Source: Capsulimonadales bacterium | Lineage (GTDB): Bacteria; Armatimonadota; Armatimonadia; Armatimonadales; Armatimonadaceae | Reading direction: 5' to 3' | Length of the DNA: 10,182 bases | Assembly (NCBI GenBank): GCA_033762295.1 | Contig: JANRLW010000074.1 | Location: 1-10,182 of the forward strand | Shown: positions 6,898-10,182 of the stretch, in pieces | How positions within the stretch are numbered: the stretch's first letter is position 1 | How the letters are laid out: each line of letters begins with the position of its first letter | Translations under genes and position numbers: made by a program | The notes under the pieces: model-generated | Databases searched by the model: none | Told to the model about the DNA's origin: nothing | Seen by the model: only the letters and a program-made list of their open reading frames with translations

Positions 6898-8318
6898 CGC
6901 GTACTCGCGCCGGCAAGATGCTGCTCGTTCGGTCGCGTCGAATCCGAACGCTCCGGCGAGGTTCGGGCCTCCTCCCGCTGCTCCAGTGGCTTCCCGCTGA
7001 CTTCGACGACCCTGGCGCCCGCATTCTCGTAACGCTCCGGATTCCGTCCGCTGATCAGACGGACACCTCGCTGAAACGTGAAGTAGGCGTACGCCCACTG
7101 CATCAGAACGCTCAAACGGTTTCGGAAGTTGATCAGGTAGAGAATATGGATGAAAAGCCAGGCGCACCAGGCGAAGAAGCCATGCATCTTGATCCACCGG
7201 CTGTCCAGGATCGCCCGGTTTCGCCCGATCACCGCCATATTCCCCTTGTCAAAGTACCGGAACGGTTCGGTAGGCTCCCGATACAGCAGGTGACGCACGT
7301 TTCGGCCCGCACAAACGCCGCCCTGCATGGCTCCCTGAGCGACCGCCGGTACGGGCTTTCCGTCCGCCATTTTTGTCTCCGCCAGATCCCCCGCCACGAA
7401 GATCTCCGGATGCCCCGGAACCGAAAGATCCGGATTGACCTGAACCTGACCGAAACGATTGAGCGGCGCGCCAAGCATCTTTCCGAGCGGCGAGGCCGCG
7501 TTCCCCGCGCCCCAGATAATGTTGCGCGTCGGTACGAAGGTCCCGTCTTTCAATGTAACGCCCTGTGCCGTGACATCCGTGACCAGCGCGTTCACCACCA
7601 CCTCGACCCCCATTCCCTCGAGATCCTGCTGCGTTTTCGCCGCCAGCGATTCATCGAAGGTGGACAGGATTCGCTTTCCGCCCTCCAGCAGAATAACCCG
7701 CGTATTGGCGGTATCGATCCGCCGGAACTCGGAATGCATCGCCCGCTTCGCGATTTCCGGTATCACGCCCGCCAACTCGACTCCCGTGGGTCCCGCCCCA
7801 ATGATGACGAAGGTCAGCAGGGCGGCTCGCTCCTCCGGATCGTCGGTCTGCTCCGCCTGCTCGAACGCCAGCAGAAAACGCTCCCGAATCTCCAGCGCAT
7901 CGTTCAGGCTCTTCAATCCCGGTGCGAATTTTTCCCATTCATCCCGCCCGCGATAGGAGTGACGCCAGCCGGCCGCTACCACCAGATAGTCGTATTCGAA
8001 CGTCGCCAGGCGGGTCTCTTCCGAGATCGTTCCCTCCCCGACCTTGACCGTCCGCCGTTCCGGATCGATCTCCGTCACCTCTCCCAGGACGACTTCGATA
8101 TTCCGCTGATTACGCAAAATGTGCCGGATCGGTACCGCGATATCCGACGGTGCCAGCGCCGCCGTCGCAACCTGATAGAGCAGGGGCTGGAACAAGTGAT
8201 GATTCGTCCGGTCGATCAACGTGATCTCCACCGGCATTCCGCGCATCTGTTTCGCTGCCGCCAGCCCGGCAAATCCGCCGCCGATAATGATAACCTTCGG
8301 TCGTCGATTCTCGTTCAT
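6894..8318 (-). CDS. ndh: Type II NADH:quinone oxidoreductase (NDH-2)
   Basis: FAD motif IIIGGGFAGL, NHHLFQPLLYQVAT, NAD motif IIGAGPTGVELAG with acidic residue in LLEGG, IFVAGD, quinone-site motif AQGAMQ, C-terminal WLFIHILYL. The start is likely ATG 8318 (purine-rich GGAAGGTCGGTGGAG upstream); 8354 is an alternative. Confidence 0.92.
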   Translation of the reverse strand: MNENRRPKVIIIGGGFAGLAAAKQMRGMPVEITLIDRTNHHLFQPLLYQVATAALAPSDIAVPIRHILRNQRNIEVVLGEVTEIDPERRTVKVGEGTISEETRLATFEYDYLVVAAGWRHSYRGRDEWEKFAPGLKSLNDALEIRERFLLAFEQAEQTDDPEERAALLTFVIIGAGPTGVELAGVIPEIAKRAMHSEFRRIDTANTRVILLEGGKRILSTFDESLAAKTQQDLEGMGVEVVVNALVTDVTAQGVTLKDGTFVPTRNIIWGAGNAASPLGKMLGAPLNRFGQVQVNPDLSVPGHPEIFVAGDLAETKMADGKPVPAVAQGAMQGGVCAGRNVRHLLYREPTEPFRYFDKGNMAVIGRNRAILDSRWIKMHGFFAWCAWLFIHILYLINFRNRLSVLMQWAYAYFTFQRGVRLISGRNPERYENAGARVVEVSGKPLEQREEARTSPERSDSTRPNEQHLAGASTR

Positions 8319-8360
8319 CTCCACCGACCTTCCTATCGAACGTCCCTCCGACACGGAAGA

Positions 8361-8378
8361 TTGCGCATTTCTTCACAA
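8361..8378. promoter_or_regulatory. Rex-like operator upstream of ndh
   Basis: Minus strand TTGTGAA-GAAA-TGCGCAA versus Rex consensus TTGTGAA-N4-TTCACAA: 12 of 14 specified positions match, and the flanks extend the symmetry (AGA...TCT). Confidence 0.7.
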
Positions 8379-8462
8379 TCTCATGGATAAAGACACCGAT
8401 TTACGGCATCCGGTTGCGGTTTCACATCCATTTAACGGGCAATTTATGGTACAGGTTTCCTG

Positions 8463-9815
8463 ATGAATAAGCCCGTCCCACCGTCCTCCTTCGAACAGCG
8501 CGTCGCCCGCCAACTCGGCCCGGAAACCGCCGCCTTTACGGAAGCGATGAAACAGCCCCCTACCCTGGCCGTCCGGCGGAACCGGCGTAAACCGGCGACG
8601 CTCCGTTTCGATGAGGACGTTCCCTGGTGTCCGCAGGCGGTGTATGTGCAGGAACGTCCGAGCTTCATTCTTGACCCGCTCTGGCATGCGGGAGCCTACT
8701 ATGTGCAGGAACCGGCATCACTGCTGCTCGATCATGCCCTTCGGACCTTCGGCCAATCGCCCGAACCGCGCCGGGTGCTGGATCTTTGCGCGGCGCCCGG
8801 CGGGAAAACAACGCTCCTCGCCGATTTCCTCGGGGACGATGCCCTCCTGGTCGCCAATGAGGTGATTCGAACCCGGGAGACCGTTCTCCGGGAAAATGTC
8901 ACCCGCTGGGGTTGGCCCAATATTTTGACCTCCAACCATGACCCGGAGGATTTCGCCCCTCTATCCGCCTTCTTCGATCTCGTGGTCGTCGATGCGCCGT
9001 GCAGCGGCGAGGGTCTGTTTCGAAAGGAGCCGGAAGCCGTTCGCGAGTGGTCCGAACGAAATGCCGAACTCTGCGCGGCCCGGCAACAGCGAATCCTCGA
9101 TGCGGCGCAACCCCTCGTCCGACCGGACGGCCTTCTGATCTATTCCACCTGCACCTTCAACCCCGCTGAAAACGATGAGGTGATCCGTCGGGCCTGCCGT
9201 GACGGCTGGCAGTACCTTCCGCTCCCCTGCCCCCCCGAATGGGGCGTCGTCCCGACCGAGTTCGGTCTACAGTGCTGGCCACACCGGTGCCGTGGGGAGG
9301 GCTTTTACCTCGCCGTTCTCCGGCGAGACGGGCGCTACGGCCCGATGGTCGAAAGAAAACGCCTGCCGGCCAGCGCCGGCGGAACCATGGTGACCGACGA
9401 TATCCGTAAACTGCTCGGAAATCCGGACCCGTTTCCGTTTCATTTTCATCTCGACCCCTCCGAAAAACGTTTCTATGCCGTGCCCGCCGCAATCGCCGCC
9501 GATACGGAAATCGTACGCCGCGCCCTGCGCCGGACCGCTCTCGGCCTGCCGCTGGCCGAAATCAAGGGAAAGGATGTCGTTCCGTCGCACGCCCTCGCGC
9601 TCTCGGTGACCGTCGCGCCGGACCTCCCGACACTCGTCGTAGACCGGGAAACCGCGCTCGAATACCTGCGGAAAAATCCGCTGACGGTGGCCGGAGACAC
9701 ACCGGCAGGATGGCTTCGGGTCGTGTACGAGGGATGGGGGCTCGGCTGGGTGAAAAACCTGCCGGGACGGACCAACAACTACCTTCCGTCCGAATGGCGG
9801 ATCCGACGCCTCTGA
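8463..9815 (+). CDS. RsmF/YebU-like RNA cytosine-C5 methyltransferase (RsmB/NOP2/Sun family) with C-terminal PUA-like region
   Basis: HAGAYYVQEPAS, motif I VLDLCAAPGGKT, ANE, motif IV DAPCSGEG, motif VI IYSTCTFNPAEN (both catalytic Cys), and C-terminal GWLRVVYEGWGLGWVK...NNYLP. Confidence 0.92.
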   Translation: MNKPVPPSSFEQRVARQLGPETAAFTEAMKQPPTLAVRRNRRKPATLRFDEDVPWCPQAVYVQERPSFILDPLWHAGAYYVQEPASLLLDHALRTFGQSPEPRRVLDLCAAPGGKTTLLADFLGDDALLVANEVIRTRETVLRENVTRWGWPNILTSNHDPEDFAPLSAFFDLVVVDAPCSGEGLFRKEPEAVREWSERNAELCAARQQRILDAAQPLVRPDGLLIYSTCTFNPAENDEVIRRACRDGWQYLPLPCPPEWGVVPTEFGLQCWPHRCRGEGFYLAVLRRDGRYGPMVERKRLPASAGGTMVTDDIRKLLGNPDPFPFHFHLDPSEKRFYAVPAAIAADTEIVRRALRRTALGLPLAEIKGKDVVPSHALALSVTVAPDLPTLVVDRETALEYLRKNPLTVAGDTPAGWLRVVYEGWGLGWVKNLPGRTNNYLPSEWRIRRL

Positions 9816-9822
9816 GCGACGC

Positions 9823-10182
9823 TTATCGACCTAGCGATTTGGTCAGGTAAAGGATCAGGCTATCGTCCACGGTCACCGTTTCCCCCCAGCGTACCGGACG
9901 ATTTCCATAGTGCAACCCGCGCCCGTCCGGAACATACCCGCGCCGAACGTACAGCCGTTGCGCCGGGCCGTAATCCGGATCGAGTCCGACCGCGATACCC
10001 ACCGTCGACGAACGAAGGAGACAGCATCGCTCGGCTTCGTCCATCAACCCCGATCCGATGCCCTGCCGCCGGAACCCCGCCGCCACATTGAAGTCCTGAA
10101 TCTCCGGGATGCCGTCCTCACGGAACGGACCGTACTCCGGCAGCCAGACGATATTCAGATAGCCCACCGGCGCCTCGGCCAG
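9823..10182 (-). CDS. GNAT family N-acetyltransferase (5' end outside the window)
   Basis: Frame is open to the window edge (LAEAPVGYLNIVW...). Acetyl-CoA motif NVAAGFRRQGIGSGLMDEAE and motif B AQRLYVRRGY are present. Confidence 0.88.
   Translation of the reverse strand: MAEAPVGYLNIVWLPEYGPFREDGIPEIQDFNVAAGFRRQGIGSGLMDEAERCCLLRSSTVGIAVGLDPDYGPAQRLYVRRGYVPDGRGLHYGNRPVRWGETVTVDDSLILYLTKSLGR

Noticed and set aside
6036..7197. Alternative-frame ORFs 6036..6764 (+), 6301..7197 (-) and 6503..7024 (-)
   Set aside because: They overlap the exonuclease and ndh genes, which carry clear family motifs.
6918..8390. 490-aa plus-strand ORF spanning ndh
   Set aside because: Mirror frame of ndh, explained by codon bias; no protein-like motifs.
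8421..8450. Possible promoter TTCACA-18-TATGGT for the methyltransferase
   Set aside because: Moderate match only, with no independent support.

Overview
GC-rich bacterial chromosomal segment; the LacI plus prepilin-type (DUF1559/H-X9-DG-like) arrangement suggests Armatimonadota or a similar lineage (inference). The left 6 kb is a minus-strand cluster: LacI regulator, prepilin-type protein, 74-aa membrane protein, TPR protein and CRTAC1-family (FG-GAP + ASPIC/UnbV) putative lipoprotein. It has a near-consensus sigma70 promoter with a palindromic operator just downstream and an internal hairpin after the pilin gene. At the left edge is a gene missing from the ORF track (start at 539, running off the window) whose N-terminus resembles the SWIM Zn-finger family proteins I recall near ARM/WGR proteins and retron-type reverse transcriptases. 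The right 4 kb is housekeeping-like: YprB/RNase_H_2 exonuclease, type II NADH dehydrogenase with a Rex-like operator, RsmF-like m5C methyltransferase and a 5'-truncated GNAT. No rRNA, tRNA, CRISPR array or mobile element was seen.
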